DNA of 64,000 bases, from positions 2,646 through 66,645 of the forward strand of contig DATAXI010000071.1 of the NCBI GenBank assembly GCA_036266845.1, written 5' to 3'. The stretch's first letter is position 1, and each line of letters starts with the position of its first letter. Made by a program: the position numbers and the translations under genes. Source of the stretch: Chthoniobacteraceae bacterium (lineage in GTDB: Bacteria > Verrucomicrobiota > Verrucomicrobiia > Chthoniobacterales > Chthoniobacteraceae). Under the pieces are notes generated by a model. It worked only from the letters and a program-made list of their open reading frames with translations, searched no databases and was not told where the DNA came from. Positions 55,801 through 64,000 of the stretch are shown here, in pieces.

Positions 55801-57051
55801 TTACTTGAGCGAGATCGTTCCCACGAGGCCGCGCTGCTCCTCGACGATGCCCGCCGAGAAATAAAGGTGTTTCACATCCTCCGTCAGGTCCGCCGGATCG
55901 GCAACCAATGCGGAGGCCTTCGGCGCCTGCTTCGCGCCGAAATGGAGCGCCCAGAGATCATCAAATGCAAGCGGATCGCCATAGGCGCCGTGCAACTGGC
56001 CGAGATTTTTGGTCAGATCAAAAAAGCCCGGCACCACGGCGATTGCGTTGATCGTGCCATCGCCATGGTTGCCCACCAGCACCGCGACCGGCGCATCCAG
56101 GTCCAGCTCTTTTGGCGAATGCGCGACCGCAAGGCCCCATGGCGAATTGAGCGCGCCGCCCGGGCTCACCAGGCGTGTCACGAACGCGCCGTCCGGCGTG
56201 TAAAGATCGATGTAACCGTTGCCAGGGCCGGGAATATCGTTCATGGGCGCGCCGGCGGTGTGCAGCGCGTAAGCCACCATCAGGTAACGGAAGGTCTTGC
56301 CTTTCACCTTGAAGTCGAGGCGATGAATATTAAAGGGCGACCACGCCGCGCCTCCAACGGTGCCGGTAACCGCCGGCGGAGTCTCCGCAAAAGGCGCGCT
56401 GCCGGAGAGCGTCAGCAGGTTAAATTGGTCATCGAAGACATCCACGCGCCCTTGCGCAAAGTTTGCCGCATAGAGCCGGTGCTGGAGCGTGCCCTCCGTT
56501 CCGCTGGCAGCCGCGCCGGTGCCGCTCCAGCTTAACGCAATTCCGGTATAGCCCGCGCCCGCAATCTCCGTGCCGATGATCGCGTCCCGGCTTCCCACCG
56601 CAGTGTTCGAGCCCGCGATGGCGCCATCCTCAGTGCAATAGAGGTAGCGGGAGGAAACCGTCACCGAGCCGGAGATAATCGGGAAATCGTTGGCCGTGCC
56701 GGTGAGGATCGCGAAGAGGTTTTCGTCAATCCCTGTCGGCGTCCCCGGATCCGAGCCGGAAACGGAAGGGATCACTTTCGCGTCCGAACCGGTGGCGTCG
56801 AGCTGGCCTTCCCCGCCGTAAGTCGTCTCCGCGCCCGCGCCATTTTCGGCTACGTGCGCCCCGCCATCCGTGCCCGAGGCGATGCCCCAGGGGTTGACGC
56901 ACAATTGGTCGGTGTAATTGGCGACGCCGAGGATATCGGAGTCGTTATTTTGGGAGACGAACTTCGGTTGCTCTTTCGCATGGGCGCTGAGCGCGACGCC
57001 CGCAATTACGGTGAGGGAAGCCAGAAGGCGGAGTGGGAGTAACGGTTTCAT
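55801..57051 (-). CDS. secreted beta-propeller protein (TIGR03118-like)
   Basis: Signal peptide. The N-terminal ...DQLCVNPWGIA... and later SPWGLAV motifs resemble the TIGR03118 family as I recall it. Confidence 0.55.
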   Translation of the reverse strand: MKPLLPLRLLASLTVIAGVALSAHAKEQPKFVSQNNDSDILGVANYTDQLCVNPWGIASGTDGGAHVAENGAGAETTYGGEGQLDATGSDAKVIPSVSGSDPGTPTGIDENLFAILTGTANDFPIISGSVTVSSRYLYCTEDGAIAGSNTAVGSRDAIIGTEIAGAGYTGIALSWSGTGAAASGTEGTLQHRLYAANFAQGRVDVFDDQFNLLTLSGSAPFAETPPAVTGTVGGAAWSPFNIHRLDFKVKGKTFRYLMVAYALHTAGAPMNDIPGPGNGYIDLYTPDGAFVTRLVSPGGALNSPWGLAVAHSPKELDLDAPVAVLVGNHGDGTINAIAVVPGFFDLTKNLGQLHGAYGDPLAFDDLWALHFGAKQAPKASALVADPADLTEDVKHLYFSAGIVEEQRGLVGTISLK

Positions 57052-57237
57052 CGGGGTAATCAGACGTGGTTGACCGGCATTCTATTCGGACGAAGCGTCC
57101 GCTATCAAGACAGTGGACACCCTGAGCGAGGTGGTGGGAATTTCCTAGGACCGATGTCGGATCAGGCCTGTAGTCTGTGGCCGTACAGTTTTGATTCCGG
57201 AATCATGCGACACCGCGATGAAGGTGCTGACCTCGGC

Positions 57238-57642
57238 TTACCGGGTGAGCTTGAAAATATATGGCCAGAGCACCAGGCAGCCGATGACCGCCGCGGCGAT
57301 GGCGGTGATGAGGACCGCGCCGGCGGCGACATCCTTGGCATCGCGGACCAGCGGATGAAAATCGGGCGATGCTGCATCGGCGAGAAACTCAAAGGCGGTA
57401 TTCAGCGCTTCCGCGGTCCAGACAATGGAAATCGCGAGGATGATCCAGCACCAATCCGCGCGCGATAAGTGGAGCACCCAGCCGGCCCCGATGACGATCA
57501 CGGTGGCCGCGGAGTGAATCCATGCATTGTGCTGGCAGTGTATCATGCGGCACACGCCGCGGATCGCGTGGCGAAAACTGCGGATGCGCCCGGTGAATTG
57601 AAAGGGCCTGCCGCCGGGGGGCGGATTGGAACCGGGGTCCAT
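57238..57642 (-). CDS. dgkA: diacylglycerol kinase (DgkA family)
   Basis: RSFRHAIRG..., 3 TMs, WTAEALNTAFEFLAD, KDVAAGAVL. Start at 57642 or 57672; the longer track ORF overlaps the divergent gene. Confidence 0.85.
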   Translation of the reverse strand: MDPGSNPPPGGRPFQFTGRIRSFRHAIRGVCRMIHCQHNAWIHSAATVIVIGAGWVLHLSRADWCWIILAISIVWTAEALNTAFEFLADAASPDFHPLVRDAKDVAAGAVLITAIAAAVIGCLVLWPYIFKLTR

Positions 57643-57731
57643 GATGGGCCGAGACTGGCCCGCGGGTTCCATCAGCACAAGCTCCGAGGCTTGCCGCCGG
57701 ATGCGCCGCCGTTTAACCAGAAGCGCATCCC

Positions 57732-59411
57732 GTGAATTTTTTCGCCTTCCCAAAACGGACGCTTGCCGCGCTGCTGGTGCTCCTGGCTGTCGCGGCATAC
57801 CTTCCCGCGATTGGCGCGGGATATGTCTGGGACGACGACACCCTGCTCACCGCAAATCCGCAAATGCGCGGCGCCGCCGGGCTCGTGGAAATCTGGGAAG
57901 GGGTGCGCTCGCGCGATTACACACCGGTGACGCTCACGGTCTTCTGGCTGGAGTGGCGGCTCTGGGGCGATACGCCGGTGGGCTATCACGTGGTGAATAT
58001 TCTGCTGCACGCCCTCTCGGCCCTGCTGCTCTGGCGCATCCTGGAAAGATTGCGCGTGCCGGGAGCATGGCTCGGGGCGCTGCTCTTTGCGATTCACCCG
58101 GTGAACGCCGCGTCCGTGGCGTGGGTTGCGGAACTCAAGAACACCCTTTCCGGCGCACTTTTTTTTGGATCGGCGCTCACTTTCCTGGAGGCGAGGGAAG
58201 GCCGGAGAACCTATGGGTTATCCCTCGCGCTATTTCTGCTGGCGGCGCTCAGCAAAGGGGCGGTGGTGACGCTGCCGGCGGCGTTGCTTTTGTGCGTGCT
58301 CTGGCTGGATGGAAAATTGACGCGGCGCGATGGCATCCGCCTCGCGGGTTATTGCGCCATCGCGCTGCTGGCGGCGCTGGTCACGATTCGCTTCCAGGCG
58401 CGGGCGCCGCATTACGGGCTCATTCCCGATACCCTTGCGTACCGGATTGCGCGCGCGGGAGCGGCGGTGTGGTTTTACCTGGGCGCGCTCATCTGGCCCG
58501 TTGGGCTAAGCCCCATCCGCGCGCAATGGCTGCCGGATTTGCGCTCGCCGGGCGCCTGGCTGCCGGCCGCGGGCGCGGCGGCGCTCGGGATTCTCTTCTA
58601 CCTGAAGCGCGCGGGATGGGGGCGGCCCCTGCTTTTCGGCTATGCCTATTTCCTGGCGATGCTGCTGCCGGTGCTCGGCTTTGTCTGGATGACGCTGATG
58701 CAGGAGACGCCGGTGGCGGATTGGTGGCAATACCTCGCCGCGCCCGGCATCTTTGCCGTGGCGGGAGCGGGCATCGCGCTGGCGGCGCGCCGGTGGCGCA
58801 TGGTCACTCCCGTGGTATGCGTGGCGATGGCGTTGCTGATGGTCCAGACCTGGCGTCGGGCGTCGATTTATCACTCGATGGCGAGTTATTGCCTCGCCGT
58901 GACGGCGGAGGACCCGCACGCATGGACGTTGCAGAACAATCTCGGCATCCTTCTGAAACGCGCCGGGCGTTTTGCCGAAGCCGAGCAATGCTTTCGGCGC
59001 GCGTTGCGGGATAACCCGGGCTACGCCGAGGCGCACATCAATATGGGCAACGCGTACGGCGCCTCCGGCGATATCCCCTCCGCGCTGGCGGAATACCGCA
59101 CCGCGGCAGAGATGCGGCCTGGCGATCCCCAGGTGGCTGCGGCGCTCGCCAGCCTGGGCGGCGCGCTGATCGGCGCGGGAAACTATGCGTCTGCGGAGGC
59201 CTGTTTTCGCCAGGCGTGCGTGCAGGAGCCGGAGAGCATCGCGTTGCGGATCGGCCTCTGCCAGGCGCTGCTGCCGCAGGGGAAGAAAGAGGAGGCGCTG
59301 CGTGTCTGCGGCGAGGTGGACCGGATCGCGAAGGCGAGCGGCAACGCCATCGCGCTGGCGGCGGCGGAAAAATTGCGCGGGGATTGCAATTCCGCCGCGG
59401 GCAACCGTTAA
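57732..59411 (+). CDS. multi-pass membrane protein with C-terminal TPR repeats (TMTC/GT39-like), paralog class of 18324..20189
   Basis: YVWDDDTLLTANP motif, about 10 TMs, then TPR repeats (YAEAHINMGNAYGASGDIPSALAEYRTAAEMRP). Confidence 0.75.
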   Translation: MNFFAFPKRTLAALLVLLAVAAYLPAIGAGYVWDDDTLLTANPQMRGAAGLVEIWEGVRSRDYTPVTLTVFWLEWRLWGDTPVGYHVVNILLHALSALLLWRILERLRVPGAWLGALLFAIHPVNAASVAWVAELKNTLSGALFFGSALTFLEAREGRRTYGLSLALFLLAALSKGAVVTLPAALLLCVLWLDGKLTRRDGIRLAGYCAIALLAALVTIRFQARAPHYGLIPDTLAYRIARAGAAVWFYLGALIWPVGLSPIRAQWLPDLRSPGAWLPAAGAAALGILFYLKRAGWGRPLLFGYAYFLAMLLPVLGFVWMTLMQETPVADWWQYLAAPGIFAVAGAGIALAARRWRMVTPVVCVAMALLMVQTWRRASIYHSMASYCLAVTAEDPHAWTLQNNLGILLKRAGRFAEAEQCFRRALRDNPGYAEAHINMGNAYGASGDIPSALAEYRTAAEMRPGDPQVAAALASLGGALIGAGNYASAEACFRQACVQEPESIALRIGLCQALLPQGKKEEALRVCGEVDRIAKASGNAIALAAAEKLRGDCNSAAGNR

Positions 59412-59426
59412 TCCTCGGTTCCTTCG

Positions 59427-60410
59427 ATGTACCTCGCCTATTATCTCGATAACTTCAGTCCCTTCATCTGGGAGATCACGCCCGGTTTCGGCCCGCGGTG
59501 GTACGGCTTTGCCTATGTGATGGCGTTCGTCGCCGGCTACTTCCTTTACCGGTGGCTGGCCCAGCGGGGCTATACGCAGATGCCGCCGGAGCTGGTGGGC
59601 GATTTCATCACCTGGGGCGGCCTGTTCGGCGTCTTCCTCGGCGGACGGCTCGGGAGCATGATCTTCTATAGCTGGCATGAGTGGATTCACGATCCGCTGC
59701 TCTTCTTCAAGGTGTGGGATGGCGGCATGGCCAGCCATGGCGGCATCATTGGATTGACGATTTTTACCTGGTACTTTGCCCGGCGCCATCATCTCTCATG
59801 GACCAGCATCGGCGATAACTTGTGCGTGGTTGCGCCCATTGGCCTTTTCTTTGGACGGCTGGCAAACTTCATCAATGGCGAGCTCTACGGGCGCGCCGCC
59901 CAGGGGGTCTCGTGGGCGATGCAATTTCCCAAGGAGCTTCAGGATAACCAGGTGCTCGCCGATCGCGCCGCCACGGCGCTGGTGCAGGACCCCGGCGTCC
60001 TCGCCTATGCGGCCAAGCATTACTCGCCCGTCGATGCCATCATCGCCGCCGCGCGGACCGATGGGCATGTGCGCGAGGTGCTGCGGGCCATCCTCACGCC
60101 GCGTTACCCGTCGCAATTGATCGAGGCGGCGCTGGAGGGCGTGGTGCTTTTCTCCGCGCTGTGGGTGCTGCGCACGATGGTCAAGGCGCCGCGCGGGGTG
60201 ATTACCGGGGCGTTCTTCATTCTGTACGCGCTGCTCCGCATCGCGGGAGAGCAATTCCGCGAGCCCGGCAGCGATTCCCCCTTCAAGTTCATCTTCGGCT
60301 TCCTGACCTACGGCCAGTTGCTCTCCATCTTCCTCATCTTTGCCGGCATCGCCTTTCTGGTGTGGGGATTCCGCACCCGCCAATACGAGCGGGCTTTTGG
60401 CGGGCAATAG
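59427..60410 (+). CDS. lgt: prolipoprotein diacylglyceryl transferase
   Basis: RWYGFAYVMAFVAGY, GGMASHGGIIG, GRLANFINGELYGR. Confidence 0.92.
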   Translation: MYLAYYLDNFSPFIWEITPGFGPRWYGFAYVMAFVAGYFLYRWLAQRGYTQMPPELVGDFITWGGLFGVFLGGRLGSMIFYSWHEWIHDPLLFFKVWDGGMASHGGIIGLTIFTWYFARRHHLSWTSIGDNLCVVAPIGLFFGRLANFINGELYGRAAQGVSWAMQFPKELQDNQVLADRAATALVQDPGVLAYAAKHYSPVDAIIAAARTDGHVREVLRAILTPRYPSQLIEAALEGVVLFSALWVLRTMVKAPRGVITGAFFILYALLRIAGEQFREPGSDSPFKFIFGFLTYGQLLSIFLIFAGIAFLVWGFRTRQYERAFGGQ

Positions 60411-60412
60411 CG

Positions 60413-60892
60413 TTACTCCCGCGGGCTGCGCGGGACCAGCGAGGGGAGCGCGAGGCCGGTGCCGATTGCCGCGAGGGTAAAGATGAGCATCATGATGTTA
60501 TCCCACGTCGCGATGGTTTGCATGAATGCCGCGGAATCGCCCGCGCCAGGCCCCTGGCCCGTGCGGAGAAAGGCGAAAACGCTGATGAACACCTTGGCCG
60601 CAAGACTGCCGGGGACCATCGGGATGGCTCCCACCACCGCAAGCACCGAGCCGCGCGGCGATGGAAAATCCTCCCACACCTTGTCCGCAATCGCCAGCAC
60701 CAGCGCCGCGATGAAAGAGGCAACCGCCAGCGAAGTCCCCATCTCCTGCCCCGCCGTGCGGACTGCCAGAGCCAATGCCCCTGCGCCGAAGCAAAGCGGG
60801 AGCATGCGCGGGTGGCAATTGAAGAGCACCGCGAAACCCGCCGCCGCGATGCCGCCGAAAAACGCCTGATGCAAAATCTGGAGGATACTCAT
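60413..60892 (-). CDS. threonine/serine exporter family protein, small subunit (DUF3815-type)
   Basis: Start at ATG 60892 (ATGA overlap with the upstream gene). 4-5 TMs. MSILQILHQAFFGGIAAAGFAVLFN. Confidence 0.75.
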   Translation of the reverse strand: MSILQILHQAFFGGIAAAGFAVLFNCHPRMLPLCFGAGALALAVRTAGQEMGTSLAVASFIAALVLAIADKVWEDFPSPRGSVLAVVGAIPMVPGSLAAKVFISVFAFLRTGQGPGAGDSAAFMQTIATWDNIMMLIFTLAAIGTGLALPSLVPRSPRE

Positions 60893-61671
60893 GGCCGGGG
60901 AAGGACGAGCGCCTGGGCCAGCACCAGCCCCAGCGCCATAAAGGTGAGCAGATAAAGCACGCGCAGCGCGCGGGCCGTGGCGAGGCTGGGTTTTCCCTCC
61001 AGAATATCCACCTGCGCGTTCAGCACCGCGACGCCGGGCACCAGCAGGAGCGTGGCGGCCACCGTGGCTATCGGGATGTGGATGCTGTGGACGAGCCTGC
61101 ACCCGAGGCCCGCAAGCGCCGCGGAGAGGAAACTGACCGCTCCCGCGACCACGAAGATATTGTGCCGCCGGTGCAGCATCTCATGCCGCGCCCATTGGCC
61201 GCCGGTGCTCGCGGCGACGATCGGCAGAAAAGCCAGCCAGTCACTCCCCAGCAGCCGGCCAAAGGCGCCGCAGGCCAGCCCGGTGCTGAGACAGACCAGC
61301 CAGACCGGGTAGGCAGGCGTCGTGCGCGGCACCTGGTCCAGCGCGGCCTGGGCCGCCGCGCAATCGAGCCGGCCCGCCGCGAGGTCCCGGATGATCTGGC
61401 GAACCGCCTGGATGCGCCGGAGATTGACTCCATGCTCGGTGGCCTTGCTCATTTGCATGATGGACTCCGGCCCGCGGCGGATCGTCACCAGAATGGCGGC
61501 GTGCTGGCAAAAGACCTCCGCCGAGTCGCACCCGAGCGCCTGGGTGATATCCGTAACCGCTTCATGCACGTTCCGGCCATTGGCCCCGGTCTGGAGCATC
61601 TGGCACCCCGCGCAGAGGCAGAGCCGTGCTACATCGTCCAGGGGCGGCGGGTTCGGGATGGATGCTGTCAT
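60889..61671 (-). CDS. threonine/serine exporter family protein, large subunit (ThrE/DUF1212-type)
   Basis: Soluble N-terminal region followed by 5 TMs, paired with the DUF3815-type gene as usual. Confidence 0.75.
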   Translation of the reverse strand: MTASIPNPPPLDDVARLCLCAGCQMLQTGANGRNVHEAVTDITQALGCDSAEVFCQHAAILVTIRRGPESIMQMSKATEHGVNLRRIQAVRQIIRDLAAGRLDCAAAQAALDQVPRTTPAYPVWLVCLSTGLACGAFGRLLGSDWLAFLPIVAASTGGQWARHEMLHRRHNIFVVAGAVSFLSAALAGLGCRLVHSIHIPIATVAATLLLVPGVAVLNAQVDILEGKPSLATARALRVLYLLTFMALGLVLAQALVLPRP

Positions 61672-61814
61672 CAGGTTTATTCTGGGAGCAAGTCTGGCAC
61701 CCGGGAAGCGGTTTCGCCGATCTTCCCTTGGCTACCTCCAGCTATTTTTTGCCGCGCCAAAAAGGCTGCTTGACGAAAACGCCACTCACCGGTTGCGTAC
61801 CGGGGAGTCCCCAC

Positions 61815-63173
61815 GTGCGAATCCCCCGGCCCAACGTCAAGCGCCTCGCCATCGCAGCAGCCGCAATGCTGCTGGCGCTGCCGGGCTGCCGCCAGTCCCC
61901 CGATCCCAGCCAGGGGCGCGTGGTGGTGGAGTATTGGGAAAAGTGGACCGGGTTCGAGGCCGATGCGATGCGGGCCGTGGTGGACGATTTCAATGCAAGC
62001 CAGAATCGCATATACGTCGATTATACCAGCACCAGCCAGATCGACCGCAAGCTCATGCTGGCCACCGCCGGCGGCGTGCCGCCGGACCTCGCGGGCATCT
62101 ACTCCAGCCGGCTCCCCGTCTATGCGGAAAACAATGCGCTGATGCCCCTGGACAAGATGGCGGCGGACGCCGGCATCACCCGGGACCGGTACATCGATAT
62201 CTTCTGGCAAATGAGCATGCACCGGGGGCATCTCTGGTGCCTCCCGTCCACGCCCTCCTGCACCGCCCTTATCTGGAATAAGAAGATGTTTCGCGATGCC
62301 GGGCTGGACCCGGAGAAACCGCCCAGGACCATTGCGGAGCTGGAGCAGGATAACCAGAAGCTCATCAAGCGCCGCCCGGACGGCAGCCTGCAATCCATCG
62401 GCTACATCCCCGAGGTGCCGGGCTATTGGGACCCGCTTTGGGGCTATTTCTTCGGCGGCTCCCTCTGGAACGGACGCGACGCGATCACCGCGACCGATCC
62501 CGGCAACGTGGCCGCCCTGCAATGGATCGCCTCCTACCCGAAACGGTTCGGCGTTCACGATCTGCTGACGTTCTGCGACGGGTTCGGCAGTCTGGCGTCC
62601 CCGCAGAATCCATTTTTCAACGGGCGCGTCGCGATGATCATGGACGGCGTGTGGGATTACAATTTCATCAAGAATTATGCGCCGGCCAATTTCGAGTGGG
62701 GCGTCGCGCCCTTCCCCTCGGCGGATCCCGTGACGCTCAAGGATGTCACGATCGTGGAAATGGACGGCCTGGTCATTCCCGCGGGCGCAAAGCATCCGAA
62801 AGAGGCGTTCGATTTCATCCAGTACGTCAATACCCAGAAGCCGATGGAAAAGCTCTGCCTGCTCCAGCGGAAATTCAGCCCGCTGCGCGAGTGCAGCGCG
62901 CAGTTTTACCGCGACCATCCAAATCCCTGCATCGCCACATTCGTGAAACTGGCAAAGAGCCCCAATGCCCGCCCCGTGCCGCCGCTGGCCATGTGGATGC
63001 AATACCAGAATGACATGATGAACGCCGTGAACCGCGTCTGGACAGGCAAGGCACAGCCGGAACAAGCTCTGGAACGCGTCCAGGAGCGGGACAGCCAGGC
63101 CTTCGCGCGCACCCAGGCGCGGTGGCATCGCCTCGCGCCGCTGCTGACCGCGGAATGGAGCAAACAACCATGA
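61815..63173 (+). CDS. ABC transporter extracellular solute-binding lipoprotein (carbohydrate type)
   Basis: Lipobox LLALPGC, then VVVEYWEKWTGFEADAM... typical of family 1 SBPs. Start at GTG 61815 or ATG 61866. Confidence 0.8.
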   Translation: MRIPRPNVKRLAIAAAAMLLALPGCRQSPDPSQGRVVVEYWEKWTGFEADAMRAVVDDFNASQNRIYVDYTSTSQIDRKLMLATAGGVPPDLAGIYSSRLPVYAENNALMPLDKMAADAGITRDRYIDIFWQMSMHRGHLWCLPSTPSCTALIWNKKMFRDAGLDPEKPPRTIAELEQDNQKLIKRRPDGSLQSIGYIPEVPGYWDPLWGYFFGGSLWNGRDAITATDPGNVAALQWIASYPKRFGVHDLLTFCDGFGSLASPQNPFFNGRVAMIMDGVWDYNFIKNYAPANFEWGVAPFPSADPVTLKDVTIVEMDGLVIPAGAKHPKEAFDFIQYVNTQKPMEKLCLLQRKFSPLRECSAQFYRDHPNPCIATFVKLAKSPNARPVPPLAMWMQYQNDMMNAVNRVWTGKAQPEQALERVQERDSQAFARTQARWHRLAPLLTAEWSKQP

Positions 63174-64000
63174 CCAAGGCCGAGCAACGCAACCTGCGGA
63201 ACGGACTCTTCTTCATCAGCCCATGGCTGATCGGTTTCCTCGCGCTCTGCGTCTATCCGCTTGCCAGCTCGCTTTGGTTCTCGCTGTGCGATTACTCGGC
63301 TCTCTCCCCGGCGGTCTTTACCGGCGCGGCGAATTACAGGAGCCTGCTGACCGACGGAGTCTTCTGGAAAGCGCTCTATAACACATTCTACTTCGCCGCG
63401 TTCTCGATTCCGCTGAGCCTGCTCATTTCCCTGACGCTGGCGATCCTGCTCAACTTCGACATCCCGGGCCGCGGCATCTTGCGCACGGTTTTCTTCCTCC
63501 CATCGCTGGTGCCCATGGTCTGCCTGGCGGTGCTCTGGCAATGGATGCTCAATGGCGAGCTGGGGCTCGTCAATAACACGCTGAAGCCGATCTTCGGCGT
63601 GCTGAATTATTTGTTCGGCAGCCATTTGCAGCCGCCGGACTGGCTGCTCGATGCGCGATACGCGAAGTGGGGCATCATCTTCGCCAGCCTCTGGGGCGTC
63701 GGCAACGCGGTGGTCATTTACCTGGCCGGTTTGCAGGATGTGCCGCGCTTCCTGTACGAGTCCGCGGATATCGATGGCGCCGGTTTCTGGCGCAAGACAT
63801 GGCACATTACGCTGCCGATTATTTCGCCGACGATTTACTTCAATGTCATCATGGCGGTCATCGGCTCCTTCCAGGTGTTCGCGGTGCCATATGTGATGAC
63901 CAACGGCACCGATGGGCCGGACCGCTCGCTGCTTTTCCTGGCCACTTATCTCTTCGAGAACGCGTTCGATTATTTCAACATGGGGTATGCGTGCGCGATC
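63170..64000 (+). CDS. carbohydrate ABC transporter permease (MalF/UgpA-like), 3' end beyond the window
   Basis: My own translation from ATG 63170 (ATGA overlap with the SBP stop): MTKAEQRNLRNGLFFISPWLIGFLAL... with EAA-loop-like YESADIDGAGFWRKTWHITLP. Open to the window end. Confidence 0.85.
   Translation, partial: MTKAEQRNLRNGLFFISPWLIGFLALCVYPLASSLWFSLCDYSALSPAVFTGAANYRSLLTDGVFWKALYNTFYFAAFSIPLSLLISLTLAILLNFDIPGRGILRTVFFLPSLVPMVCLAVLWQWMLNGELGLVNNTLKPIFGVLNYLFGSHLQPPDWLLDARYAKWGIIFASLWGVGNAVVIYLAGLQDVPRFLYESADIDGAGFWRKTWHITLPIISPTIYFNVIMAVIGSFQVFAVPYVMTNGTDGPDRSLLFLATYLFENAFDYFNMGYACAI

Overview
GC-rich (about 60-65% by eye) bacterial chromosomal segment, densely coding. The gene content is PVC/Verrucomicrobia-like, but that assignment is tentative.

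Most of the window is housekeeping:
- prfB (with its programmed +1 frameshift), ftsB-eno and a long GreA-like factor
- TerC, tsaD and a Ctp protease
- the clpX-clpP-tig block, then a YqeY-ispD-M16 peptidase block
- purU, leuA, bioB, trpB, pfk, dgkA, lgt
- a ThrE-type exporter pair and the start of a sugar ABC transporter

Two regions stand out.

(1) About 26.9-36.8 kb is an accessory, lower-GC stretch around a tRNA-Ser(UGA) gene. In order it carries:
- an antitoxin plus a frameshifted RelE/ParE toxin
- a 39-nt copy of the tRNA 5' half which, together with the intact tRNA, brackets a hicB-hicA module
- a decayed integrase N-terminus
- a PstI/BsuBI-like type II methyltransferase/endonuclease pair
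- a beta-helix/CBM protein
- an SDR gene next to a TetR gene whose HTH half has been replaced by a sulfotransferase gene

(2) 41.4-49.7 kb is a tightly packed seven-gene operon. It couples an orphan TpsB/ShlB-type POTRA barrel to a DUF2341+LamG-fused ExbB stator, ExbD, TonB, a second putative beta-barrel, a secreted coiled-coil protein and a parvulin PPIase. No TpsA cargo and no classical TonB-dependent receptor is present. An orphan intrinsic terminator lies in its leader. This operon is my best candidate for a poorly described or novel envelope system.

No CRISPR array, rRNA or intact transposase was seen. Many long ORFs in the supplied track are antisense artefacts of high GC. All calls rest on reading the translations and motifs by eye; no database search was run.
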